63,541 bases of DNA, taken from Oligoflexales bacterium (GTDB taxonomy: Bacteria; Bdellovibrionota_B; Oligoflexia; Oligoflexales; CAIYRB01). Below the pieces are notes generated by a model. It saw nothing but the letters and a program-made list of their open reading frames with translations. It was not told where the DNA came from and ran no database searches. A program made the position numbers and the translations under genes. The stretch spans positions 1-63,541 of the forward strand of contig JBGSUI010000146.1 in NCBI GenBank assembly GCA_041736175.1. Reading direction: 5' to 3'. This document shows positions 30,588 to 39,900 of the stretch, piece by piece. Positions within the stretch are counted from its first letter, which is position 1. Each line of letters begins with the position of its first letter.

Positions 30588-33311
30588 ATGCCCGCAGCCA
30601 AAGAATTAGCCAATCCCGCTGCCTTCGCCTCGACCGCCGAGGCCCTCAGTCTTTTAAAAGTCTCCTTCTTGTTTCGAGATGTTCCTGAGGACGTGCTCCA
30701 GCAACTCCTCAGCTATTTCGAAGTGACCAGCTACCTAGCGGGTGAACCGGTTTTTTTAGAACAAGAAAAAAGCGATCACGTCTATGTCATTATCAACGGG
30801 TCCGTGGAGATCGTCAAATACTCAACCCAGCCCAGTCGGATGCATCGCATCATCGTCTTTTGTAGCAGCGAGAGTTTTTCGGAACTATCGCTCCTCACCC
30901 AGTCCAATCACTCGACTTCCGCTTTTGCCCTCGAAGACACCCAATTGATGCAGCTTAATCGTGAGGTTTTTCTCGAGATTCTCAAAAAGTTTCCAAAAGT
31001 AGGGTTTAATCTGCTTCGCAATCTAGCTCTCCTCAACCGCCAGGTCTTACAGGACAAAGATCCCTTCGAAAGCTACCGGGAAGGCTTTTTGCAGCCCCAT
31101 CCCCAGTTGACACGCTTGATTCCCTTTGCTTTTATCGAACAGTTTCAAGTGGTGCCCCTTCGCTACCAGCATGATGTGCTCTTAGTCGGACTGCGTAACC
31201 CCCATAATCCAGCCTTTTTTAAAGCCTTTCACACCCAAAATCCCGACATCAACCTCAAGATCTGTATCATCAGTGACAAGGACTTTCACCAGCTTAAAAA
31301 ATTTATAAGTGGCTTTTATTCGGGACACCATGTGGTTTTGCAATTTGAACGGGCTCCCATGCGAGAAGTCGCTCCCCCCTTGCTCGAATCAAGTGTTGTG
31401 GGTCAATTGCAAAACACAAAGAATTTTGGATTGTTTAGCGAAGAACTCTTAAAAAAATTAGTCGAACTCTCAGTCCAAAAAACCTACAAATCGGGCGAAA
31501 TTGTCTTTCAAGCTGGTCAAGAGAGCCGCCATCTTTTTGTGATCCTTCAAGGCGAGGTGGCCCTACGAGCCCAAAAGCCAGGGGGCGGCAGTCGCCATGT
31601 CACTCACTACGGGACTGGTGAATTTATGGCTGAGATCTCCCTATTATTAGCCACACCCCACAATCTCACCGCCCAGGCTGTCCAAGACTGCCAGATCCTC
31701 TTGCTTAGCAAAGAGCATTTTTTGCAGCTGTTGGGGCTGCCGCATTTTGTACTGGCTCTCGCCCATCGTCTGGCCAAAAGACTCCAACGTAGCAATTATT
31801 TGGCCCGGAATCATCAGGAACAGAAGGTCCATTTTGACCGTCTACCACGACTCGCCGACCTCCTGCCTCACCATCTGCTCCGCCGCTACAAAATGATCCC
31901 CTTAGAACTCAATGACCATGTCCTCACCATCGGCTGTGTCGATTCCGATGGCGAAAGCCTTTTTCCTATCCTGCAACGGTACCTCAGCCACCTGCGGGTC
32001 GAACTGGTCTCCATCACTGAGCCCATGTTTCAAGACTGCCTGCGAGTGATGCTCAACACACCGCAAAAACAGACCGTCACGGCCGTCACTACTTTACCAC
32101 GATCCCAAAACGACTCGGAACGCAGCCTACCGAGCGACGCTGTGCGAGAGATCGAGGGCTTGATCCATGCAGCCACGCGCCTGCGGGCATCAGATATCCA
32201 TCTTGAGATGCAAAAAGAAGGGATGATCTTTCGGTTTCGCATCGATGGGCAGCTCCAAGAGGCCGTCGATAAAGTGAGCCTGGAAACAGGACGACAGATT
32301 ATCAATAGGCTTAAAATTCTTTCTAAACTAGATATTGCTGAAAGCCGTATGCCCCAGGATGGACAAATGATCATGGACTCATTAACAGGCACATCCCTGT
32401 CGGCCATGCGCCTTTCCTTGATACCAACTGTTTTTGGCGAAAAGGCCGTTTTAAGGCTCCACAAGAGCGACAATGCTCTCTTGCCCCTCGACCTTTTGAC
32501 TCCCAATCGGCACACGATCCTCAAATTGCGCGAGGTTGTTGCTGCGGGCGAAGGCGTAGTCCTCGTCGCGGGTCCCACGGGATCAGGGAAAACATCGACC
32601 CTTTACGGGATGCTCGCGAGTCTCAACCACAGTGAGACTAATATTATTGCGGTCGAAGATCCGGTCGAGACGATTATTCCAGGGATCACCCAAATTCCCG
32701 TCAATGAAGACATTGGGCGCACCTATCACGCCATCCTCAAGCATATCCTAAGACAAGATCCCGATATTATCATGATAGGAGAAATCAGAGACGCTTCGTC
32801 AGCCCAAATCGCCTTCGAAGCTGCCGTGACGGGTCACCTGGTGCTGACAACGGTTCATGCTACGGATTCCCTTAACACCCTACCGAGGATCCTTGAGCTT
32901 GGAGTCCCCCAGCATATGCTCAGCTCTGGACTGAGCTCAGTGATTTCCCAACGCCTCCTGCGTTCCATCTGCACCGAATGCAAGGTAAACCGCAGCCTCA
33001 CCGCCCGGGACCATAGATTGTTCCAACGTTATGGCACCCAACTGAAGATTCCCAAACAGCTCGCTATTGGCAATGGCTGTGAACACTGCCGCCATTCTGG
33101 GTACTATGACCGGATTGCTGTTTTCGAACTCTGGCAAAAATCCCCTAAGATCCACCAGCTCCTTTTAAGTGACTGCAAAATGCCGCAGATTATCGACGAG
33201 CTCCGAAGAGAAGGCTTCCAAAGTCTTATGGAAGCTGGCCTACAACTGGCCATCAATGGTTTAACTACCCTTGATGAAGTGGTCCGCAACTGCCCGCCGC
33301 CGCCTTTCTAA
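30588..33311 (+). CDS. GspE/PilB-family ATPase fused to two cyclic-nucleotide-binding domains
   Basis: Two cNMP patterns (YLAGEPVF…VYVIINGSV…FSELSLL; YKSGEIVF…LFVILQGEV…MAEISLL); ASDIHLE, GPTGSGKT, EDPVE, LRQDPDIIMIGEIRD, TGHLVLTTVH, CTEC/CEHC. Confidence 0.88.
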   Translation: MPAAKELANPAAFASTAEALSLLKVSFLFRDVPEDVLQQLLSYFEVTSYLAGEPVFLEQEKSDHVYVIINGSVEIVKYSTQPSRMHRIIVFCSSESFSELSLLTQSNHSTSAFALEDTQLMQLNREVFLEILKKFPKVGFNLLRNLALLNRQVLQDKDPFESYREGFLQPHPQLTRLIPFAFIEQFQVVPLRYQHDVLLVGLRNPHNPAFFKAFHTQNPDINLKICIISDKDFHQLKKFISGFYSGHHVVLQFERAPMREVAPPLLESSVVGQLQNTKNFGLFSEELLKKLVELSVQKTYKSGEIVFQAGQESRHLFVILQGEVALRAQKPGGGSRHVTHYGTGEFMAEISLLLATPHNLTAQAVQDCQILLLSKEHFLQLLGLPHFVLALAHRLAKRLQRSNYLARNHQEQKVHFDRLPRLADLLPHHLLRRYKMIPLELNDHVLTIGCVDSDGESLFPILQRYLSHLRVELVSITEPMFQDCLRVMLNTPQKQTVTAVTTLPRSQNDSERSLPSDAVREIEGLIHAATRLRASDIHLEMQKEGMIFRFRIDGQLQEAVDKVSLETGRQIINRLKILSKLDIAESRMPQDGQMIMDSLTGTSLSAMRLSLIPTVFGEKAVLRLHKSDNALLPLDLLTPNRHTILKLREVVAAGEGVVLVAGPTGSGKTSTLYGMLASLNHSETNIIAVEDPVETIIPGITQIPVNEDIGRTYHAILKHILRQDPDIIMIGEIRDASSAQIAFEAAVTGHLVLTTVHATDSLNTLPRILELGVPQHMLSSGLSSVISQRLLRSICTECKVNRSLTARDHRLFQRYGTQLKIPKQLAIGNGCEHCRHSGYYDRIAVFELWQKSPKIHQLLLSDCKMPQIIDELRREGFQSLMEAGLQLAINGLTTLDEVVRNCPPPPF

Positions 33312-33360
33312 GGACTTCGGGTCCTAAATCTTGCTTTCATGTGGGGGTTTACTCTAATCA

Positions 33361-35883
33361 TCATATCCCTCGGACGCATATATTCGCAGCCAGACTCGTC
33401 TTCAGAGTCGCGACCGAGTAGCCGTAGTTAAGGTAGACCAGCCATCCAGAGTCAAAGGCATAGGACACGGTCGAAGACGACCAGTTAAACGCCATGATAT
33501 TGAGCTGAGCGTCACCTTTTAGGCTCCAGATGCCATTGACATAGGCTTGGAGCAGTTCTTTTTGGGTCGGAAGCCTAAAGTCACTAAACCCTCCTTTGAT
33601 TAGACCGTCGCAATGGGTGATCGCCCCCTCAAAAGTCCGCTGCACGCCGTCCCCCTTGGCCCAAGTCATCCCTGTCAGACGGTCGCTATAGAGGCACGCT
33701 TCGGTCCCGTCGCAGATCCCATTGGCTGGAGTCCCGCCGCCGCTGCCGTTGTCGGTCGAGGCTTCCCGGACCCAGTTAGCTCCCGTCGCTTGGGGCCAGC
33801 CACTGGGATTTTCGGTAGGGAATTGGCCAATATTAGCATGGTCATCGGTGGTATCGTAAACATCGAGGCCGTCTATAGCTGCGGTCCCGACAAAGCGGTC
33901 ATAGAGGTCGACCTTTGCCATGTTTTTATAAAATACCAGCTGCCCTATAACACCAGCAGCCTGGGTGCCGTGCCGCAAATCCCATGGTCCGAAACCTTGG
34001 GTATCAGCAGCGACGTAACGCGCACCGGTCACGCAGCCGACGCCACCATCCGCTGCACAGGGCAATCCTCCGACCAAAAGCCCCGTGCTCCCAAAGACCG
34101 TCACCCCTTGTTTGATATTTTCGGGGATCATATCTCCATCACCTTGCCGAACATAGCGACTCCCAAAGGAGTCAAACCATTCAAAATCGGCGAGGCTCTT
34201 AATCTTAGCATCAAAGCTAGCATTGTCGAGATCCGGAACCGAAGTCGCACCGGCTAAGGGAAAGGCTGCCGAGGGATAGGATCCCACGACCCCTGCAATG
34301 GACACTCCCGCCTTGATCACTCCGGGAGTTAAGACTGATCCGGTCAAAGCTATAAAAGCCCCTTGGACCACACAGCTCTGTTGGCCGTCTGCACCGCAGG
34401 AGGCGGGGGTTGGGATGACGTTGCCTGCGACACCCCCAAGGCTTATCCCTTGGCGGATATTTCCTGGTTGGAGTTGACTCACCGCCGCAGCCGTCCAGGC
34501 ATTACGGACAACACACTCCATCTGGCCGTCTGCACCGCAGGAGGCGGGGGTTGGGACGACGTTGCCTGCGACACCCCCAAGGCTCACCCCTTGGCGGATA
34601 TTTCCTGGTTGGAGTTGACTCACCGCCGCAGCTGTCCAAGAATTGCGGACAACACACTCCATCTGGCCATCCGCACCGCAGGAGGCGGGGGTTGGGATAA
34701 CGTTGCCTGTGACGCCGGCAATCACCACGCCGACCCTCAGGTCACCGGCGTTTATCAGACTGCGGGGCACTCCAACCCATCCCGGACCGACCAAACAGTT
34801 GTCGGTGATCTGGGGGTTCCCCGTACCACAGAAAGGAGGTGGGGGAGGAGGCGGAGGCGGCGTAAGAGTCCCTGTCACACCGGCAATCACCACCCCTTGG
34901 CGGATATCTTGCGGTCCAAACTGATCGAGTCGAGCAGCCGCGTAAACATTATCGAGTGACATATAGCAGTCTCGCCCGCCATCCTTAAGACATACGGGCT
35001 CCTGACCGGCGACGCCACCCACCCAGTGCCCCGAACGGATTTTTTGTGGCACCAGCCGGGAGACTTCTGCTGCGCGAAACCCTGGACCCACCAGACAGTT
35101 TTGGTCCCCATCACGTTGGCAATAGTTCCCCGAACCTCCACCCTGACTCTTATCCGTATCTGAGAGTTTTGGGGCGCAGTCCTTGGACCCTTGGACGACC
35201 TCTCCTGTGGGCTGGCGGAACCGCTGGTCGCTACAGATCTGATGGGGTCCACCGGTAAAGATCGGAATCTCGCTGTCACCGGAAGTCTCGCCTAAATAAA
35301 AAACAGTGATCACCGTGTTACCGGAGTCCGTGGTTTCAGGTGTGGCTAGGCGCAAAACATCCAGGTCGAGCGCGGAGGATTTATCGGACTCCAAAGTGCG
35401 GATCGTACCACTGACTGGTCCTTGGTTAAGCCCGCGGGGCATCTGAAACCGACCGGTGGTGCCTTCAGTATTTATGACTAAAACAGATTTTAGTGGAAGA
35501 GGAGTCTGGACATTGGGGGATGGAACGCTCCACTCCAACCACATTCCGGGCTTAAAACCCGTGCCGGTCAGGACGATCTCGGCCCCCGCATAGGCTGCCA
35601 CATGGCTCAGCCCCTTCAGGACAAGATGGGTAAGTCCCCCCAGATCGCCGACGGGGATTTGGTTTATAGCATCTCCAGAGGGAACCTTGACGGCATCCTG
35701 ACTGGGTTTAGCTGCAGAGGTATCGATCTTGGCCATGCTGTTGGCCCCGCTCCCCGCCGCCAGCTGGGAGGAACCTCTTGTGTCGAGGGCTTGTCCGCCG
35801 CAGGAGACCTGCAGTCCTATCCCTAAGGACAACAAAGGTTTGGGTCCCACTAAACTTGATAACATCGAGCAAAATCGTTTCAT
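33361..35883 (-). CDS. Secreted/lipoprotein fibre-like protein with Cys/Gly repeats and C-terminal DUF1566 (Lcl) domain
   Basis: GGAGG before ATG 35883; VSC lipobox-like site; NIRQGVxxGGVxG repeats; DRLTGMTW, FRLPTQKEL, WSSST, CVR. Confidence 0.8.
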   Translation of the reverse strand: MKRFCSMLSSLVGPKPLLSLGIGLQVSCGGQALDTRGSSQLAAGSGANSMAKIDTSAAKPSQDAVKVPSGDAINQIPVGDLGGLTHLVLKGLSHVAAYAGAEIVLTGTGFKPGMWLEWSVPSPNVQTPLPLKSVLVINTEGTTGRFQMPRGLNQGPVSGTIRTLESDKSSALDLDVLRLATPETTDSGNTVITVFYLGETSGDSEIPIFTGGPHQICSDQRFRQPTGEVVQGSKDCAPKLSDTDKSQGGGSGNYCQRDGDQNCLVGPGFRAAEVSRLVPQKIRSGHWVGGVAGQEPVCLKDGGRDCYMSLDNVYAAARLDQFGPQDIRQGVVIAGVTGTLTPPPPPPPPPFCGTGNPQITDNCLVGPGWVGVPRSLINAGDLRVGVVIAGVTGNVIPTPASCGADGQMECVVRNSWTAAAVSQLQPGNIRQGVSLGGVAGNVVPTPASCGADGQMECVVRNAWTAAAVSQLQPGNIRQGISLGGVAGNVIPTPASCGADGQQSCVVQGAFIALTGSVLTPGVIKAGVSIAGVVGSYPSAAFPLAGATSVPDLDNASFDAKIKSLADFEWFDSFGSRYVRQGDGDMIPENIKQGVTVFGSTGLLVGGLPCAADGGVGCVTGARYVAADTQGFGPWDLRHGTQAAGVIGQLVFYKNMAKVDLYDRFVGTAAIDGLDVYDTTDDHANIGQFPTENPSGWPQATGANWVREASTDNGSGGGTPANGICDGTEACLYSDRLTGMTWAKGDGVQRTFEGAITHCDGLIKGGFSDFRLPTQKELLQAYVNGIWSLKGDAQLNIMAFNWSSSTVSYAFDSGWLVYLNYGYSVATLKTSLAANICVRGI
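34382..34709. repeat. Intragenic 141-bp tandem repeat, about 2.3 copies (47-aa unit)
   Basis: Units start at 34382, 34523 and 34664. Confidence 0.9.
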
Positions 35884-36207
35884 ATTTGTTCCTCCAAGGG
35901 TTGCTACCTCCGTTTTACGGGTCAGGTGCAACTGGAAAACACTTTCGGGTTTGCGCTGGAGGACATTGACCAAATGATAATTCTAATGGATTAGTACAAT
36001 GACTACAGCAGCTTTGATGCAGTGTTTAAGATTTTTATCTGCCTCTCCTTAAGCAGGCAGTACGAGAAACCAAACCATGCCTAAAAACTTTGGTTGTTTC
36101 GATCGCTTTCTGGCAATTTGGTCGCCCGTAGATTCAGTTTAACGGAATTGACATCGATCTCGGTACTGGGTTACGATTGCCCCATTGATTTTTTTCGGGA
36201 GGTGTCG

Positions 36208-36420
36208 ATGGCCGTTAAGGTTTCGCCAAAATTTCAAGTGGTCATTCCTGAAGCTGTAAGGTCGGCAATTGGAATTGTGGCTGGTAGTCGTATGGAAGTT
36301 ATCGCTAAAGGCAAGGTGGCATACCTCGTACCTGTTCCCGAAGGGACCGAATTGCAATCCGCTCTTGCTGGAAAACTCGATCAAATTCAGGTCCGAGATA
36401 AGAAGGACCGTAAAATATGA
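36208..36420 (+). CDS. vapB: AbrB/MazE-type antitoxin
   Basis: KVSPKFQVVIPEAVRSAIGI; GGAGG RBS; ATGA-type overlap with the PIN gene. Confidence 0.85.
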   Translation: MAVKVSPKFQVVIPEAVRSAIGIVAGSRMEVIAKGKVAYLVPVPEGTELQSALAGKLDQIQVRDKKDRKI

Positions 36421-36797
36421 CTTCTAGTGTTTTACTTGATTCTTCGGTTTGGATCGAATGGCTTACTCGCGGTAAACGTCTAAGTTCCTGCCAAAAATAC
36501 ATGGATAAATACAAAAATGTTGGTGTGCCATCGATTGTCGTTTTCGAAGTGTGTCGTAAGGTGGCGGCTAAAGTCTCAGAAGACGAAGCTCTTCGAGTAG
36601 CAGCGTGGTTTAGAACGTTTGGAATACTCAATTTGACAGATGAGATCGCACTGTATGCAGTCGACCTCTCACTCAGTTTGAAACTGGGGATGGCTGACAG
36701 TCTGGTACTTGCCCATGCCCAACGGGAAAACGCACAACTTATTACCTTGGATAACGATTTTGCTGCTATAAAGAATGTGATCGTCCTTAGATCTTGA
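36417..36797 (+). CDS. vapC: PIN-domain toxin
   Basis: LLDSSVWIEW, VVFEV, LGMADSLV, TLDNDF. Confidence 0.9.
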   Translation: MTSSVLLDSSVWIEWLTRGKRLSSCQKYMDKYKNVGVPSIVVFEVCRKVAAKVSEDEALRVAAWFRTFGILNLTDEIALYAVDLSLSLKLGMADSLVLAHAQRENAQLITLDNDFAAIKNVIVLRS

Positions 36798-36818
36798 CCA
36801 AGAAACTTTGAACAGATG

Positions 36819-36889
36819 CCTCGTCAGGTAGAAGCTCGTCCACCGCTGGAGACCTGCAGTCCCACCCCTAAGGACTATAAAGGCTTGGG
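36819..36889 (-). pseudogene. Diverged remnant of the 5' part of the DUF1566 gene (repeat of 35774-35844)
   Basis: Core 36838-36889 matches 35793-35844 at 45 of 52 positions; reads PKPL*SLGVGLQVSSGG versus PKPLLSLGIGLQVSCGG. Confidence 0.85.
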
Positions 36890-36913
36890 CTTCCCCATCT
36901 GTTCCCACGTCTT

Positions 36914-37811
36914 GTGCTTGGTTCACTTGGTTGGATACCGTTTAAAGCCCTGGGTATAAACGTTACTTTTTCAGATATGCGAGCATGGACGGCACTCGAA
37001 AGTCGGAAGAGCCGGGCGAGAGGTCGTGGCTTAATTTCCTACTGCGGGGAAACCTATGAATTCTGGGCGTCCCGAGAGCTGCCGGCGGATGCAGTCATTA
37101 AGACTGGGTCCTTCAACCAGGATGCCATGGGTCATTGGTATGTTAACATAACCTTTGAAAGCTTTAGTTTGGAATTCCGTGGTGGAGAGACTCCTGTTGG
37201 TATCGATCCAGGAGTGATCACCATGGCCACTCTTTCGACAGGCATTACATTTGAAGGACCAAAGCTTCGAGAGCGCTATTTGTCTCAGGTAAGGCACCTT
37301 GAGCGCACACGCCTCCACGCTAGACGCCAGCAGGCGAAAAACCAGACATTCGGACCCTTGCCTAAGAAGAAACGGATGACTAGGCTCCATGCTCGTATAG
37401 CCCATGCAAGGGCCGACTACCTCCACAAGGCTTCGACTAAGGTTGTCGAAGCTCATAAAGATATTTTCATTGGCAATGTCCCGTGTCGTCTCATGAACCG
37501 TTCAAGAAATATGGCTGGCGTCAGTCTAGACAATGGCCTTGGTGCATTTAAAACGCAGGTCTCTTACAAAGCCACCCAGATCTATTGGAACTGGGGGGGT
37601 TGGCGAGATTGAAATAAATGAAAGGGACTCGTCTCGGACGTGTTCGGTGTGCTTAACTGTACATCCGCGGATCGGGCTGCGAGTAAGAGATTGGAAGTGT
37701 GGCACTTGTAATACGTCTCACGACAGGGATTTAAATGCCTCGCGAAACCTTCTCCGCCTCGGACGTGAGGCGCTAACCCACCCTGGCGACCGTAAGGTTG
37801 CCGGGGCATAG
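36914..37811 (+). pseudogene. tnpB: TnpB RNA-guided nuclease, 5'-truncated and frameshifted at about 37575-37577
   Basis: SLGWIPFK, WYVNI, GIDPG, DYLHKAS; second frame INERDSSRTCSVC…WKCGTCNTSHDRDLNASRN. Confidence 0.88.
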
Positions 37812-37961
37812 GGAATCCCCGTCGTTCACGGCTGACTTTCACCCATAAGTCTGTAAGAGTCCGAAATCATTAACGCGAGAAAAATGGTCGGAATCAATGA
37901 TATCAGCTACTTAAAGAACTTGTGGGTAAAAGTCAGTCGTTCACGGCGGGGAGGACGTCAA
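37811..37961 (+). mobile_element. IS200/IS605 right end (reRNA region), interrupted by a MITE
   Basis: Removing the insert and one target copy restores GGAATCCCCGTCGTTCACGGCGGGGAGGACGTCAA, a hairpin followed by TCAA. Confidence 0.8.
37832..37936. mobile_element. 105-bp MITE with 19-bp imperfect TIRs and a 10-bp target duplication
   Basis: CTGACTTTCACCCATAAGT and ACTTGTGGGTAAAAGTCAG (17 of 19 complementary); TCGTTCACGG at 37822-37831 and 37937-37946. Confidence 0.88.
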
Positions 37962-38058
37962 TCCGCCTACCTAAGCTATAAGAAGGCCCAGAGCTAAGAG
38001 CGTGCCCTTGGCCCAAAGAGAGGGGCAGTCCACCATTTTATCGAGCAAAGTGATTACC

Positions 38059-38371
38059 ATGGCAAAATTTTTCAGCACTGCTGGCCCTATTCGAGAAGAC
38101 AAGCACTATTTTATTCCGGTCGCCGAAAGAATCGACTTAGAAGAGATTTTTACCCTCATAGACCAAGAAAAATACTTTGTCCTCCATGCTCCGCGCCAAA
38201 GTGGTAAGACCACCACACTGCTCGAACTCTGCAAAATCCTAAACAAAACAGGCAGTTATAAATGTCTGTGCATCAATGTGGAGAGCGCGCAAACAGCCCG
38301 TGGAAATGTAGAACAGGCCATGCGCATCATCACCCAAGATCTGGTGCGAAGAGAAAAAATCTACCTACCCC
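38059..38371 (+). pseudogene. AAA-like ATPase, 5' fragment interrupted by the IscB element
   Basis: KFFSTAGP, YFVLHAPRQSGKTT; homology stops at the GTCAACTACCCC element boundary. Confidence 0.85.
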
Positions 38372-38649
38372 GTCAACTACCCCGCCCTAAAGGGCGGAGC
38401 TTGCTGGAAGAAATTCTACAGGCTCTCATGTTGACCCGGCTAAGCAAGAAAGGATAACTACTTTTTGAGCTACGTTAGAAACCAATACATAGGCACCTTG
38501 GGATGCTTCACCAGTCCCAGGCTCTGCGGCAAAGGGTTAAACAGGTTTAAGGGGTTAAGCCAGTGCTCTTTGCATTTAAAACGGTTTCATAACATTGCCA
38601 AGGTGACCTTTACCTGGGAAACCAGAGAACGGGGAGGTAACTCCCCCTT
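38372..38649 (+). ncRNA. omegaRNA (HEARO-type) scaffold and transposon end of the IscB element
   Basis: Starts GTCAACTACCCCGCCCTAAAGGGCGGAGCTTG, has a pairing GTTGAC, then CTACGTT, GGATGCTTCACCAGTCC…CTCTG, TTAAACAG and AACATTGCC; lies directly upstream of iscB. Confidence 0.85.
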
Positions 38650-39900
38650 ATGCTAAGAGTGTTCGTATTAGATCAGAATCAAAATCCCCTCATGCCCTGT
38701 CACCCTGCCCGAGCAAGGGAGATACTAAGCTCAGGCAAAGCCAAAGAGATTAGAAGGTTCCCCTTTACGATTATCCTTATCGATCGACAAGGGGGCGAAG
38801 TACAGCCTACCCAAGTCAAGGTTGATCCTGGCAGCAAGACGAGCGGTGTCGCCTTGGTCGCTGATGCCAAGAGAGGCAAAAAGGTCGTGTTTGCCTTCAA
38901 CCTCGAACATCGAGGTCACGCCATCAAAGAATCTTTGGACCAAAGACGTGGGATCAGACGATCAAGAAGAGCCCGTAAGACCCGCTACCGTGCTCCACGT
39001 TTTGACAATAGAAGAAGGGAGGAGGGCTGGCTTCCGCCATCTCTCAAGTCGAGAGTTGACAACGTGCGCCACCAGGTCAAAAAAATCAGCTCAGTCTCCC
39101 CAGTCGACACAATCGCCGTCGAAACGGTGCGCTTTGACACCCAAAAACTAAGAGATCCCGAAATTTCTGGCGTTGAGTACCAACAAGGGGAGCTACTCGG
39201 TTACGAAATCAGGGAGTATTTGCTGGAAAAATGGCAAAGAACCTGTTCTTACTGTGGAAAAAAAGATCAGCCCCTTGAGATCGATCATATCCATCCCAAA
39301 AGTCGGGGAGGGACGGACAGCGTCACGAATTTAACTCTCGCTTGCTCGCCTTGCAACCGACGTAAAGGTAATCAACCTGCAAAAGATTTCCTAAAAGAAT
39401 CCGTAAAGGGTGAGGCAAAATTAAAGACCCTTCTGGCCCAGGCCAAAGCCCCCCTTAAAGATGCTGCGGCGGTAAATGCCACCCGCTATGCTATAGGAAA
39501 TTCACTTAAAAACCTCGGCCTACCAGTCTCTTTTTGGTCTGGTGGCAGAACTAAAAAAAACAGAACCTCCCAAGGCTATGCCAAAGATCACTGGATCGAT
39601 GCCGCCTGCGTTGGTGAGACTGGGGAGCAAGTCTATATTCCATCCAACCTTTGCCCTCTCCTCATCAAAGCACAGGGCCGAGGTTCGAGGCAAAAGTGTC
39701 GCATGGATCGATACGGCTTTCCACGCACGGCTGCTAAGGCCGAAAAAAGGGTTTTCGGTTTTCAAACCGGAGATCTGGTCAGAGCTGTTGTGACTAAGGG
39801 CAAAAAAGAGGGGACTTATATCGGTAGAGTCGCGGTCAGGTCCTTGGGGGGTTGGCTGATCATTTGGTTCAGGATGATGTCGATTATATTATGGATTTAG
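38650..39900 (+). CDS. iscB: RNA-guided endonuclease IscB, C-terminus truncated after GRVAVRS (about 39842)
   Basis: PLMP, VDPG (RuvC-I), Arg-rich bridge helix, VETVRFD (RuvC-II), CSYC…[12 protein letters not shown]…[10 protein letters not shown] (HNH), HWIDA (RuvC-III). Confidence 0.93.
   Translation: MLRVFVLDQNQNPLMPCHPARAREILSSGKAKEIRRFPFTIILIDRQGGEVQPTQVKVDPGSKTSGVALVADAKRGKKVVFAFNLEHRGHAIKESLDQRRGIRRSRRARKTRYRAPRFDNRRREEGWLPPSLKSRVDNVRHQVKKISSVSPVDTIAVETVRFDTQKLRDPEISGVEYQQGELLGYEIREYLLEKWQRTCSYCGKKDQPLEIDHIHPKSRGGTDSVTNLTLACSPCNRRKGNQPAKDFLKESVKGEAKLKTLLAQAKAPLKDAAAVNATRYAIGNSLKNLGLPVSFWSGGRTKKNRTSQGYAKDHWIDAACVGETGEQVYIPSNLCPLLIKAQGRGSRQKCRMDRYGFPRTAAKAEKRVFGFQTGDLVRAVVTKGKKEGTYIGRVAVRSLGGWLIIWFRMMSIILWI

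Noticed and set aside
34382..34709. Repeats as a CRISPR array
   Set aside because: The units are contiguous, 141 bp, in-frame coding repeats with no unique spacers and no cas genes.
33613..35279. Long + strand ORFs antisense to the fibre gene, and similar shadow ORFs such as 9074-9844 and 32030-32578
   Set aside because: They have no motifs and are explained by codon bias of the real gene on the opposite strand.
38650..39900. Cas9
   Set aside because: It is only about 400 aa, has a PLMP N-terminus and an upstream omegaRNA, and there is no array; this is IscB.
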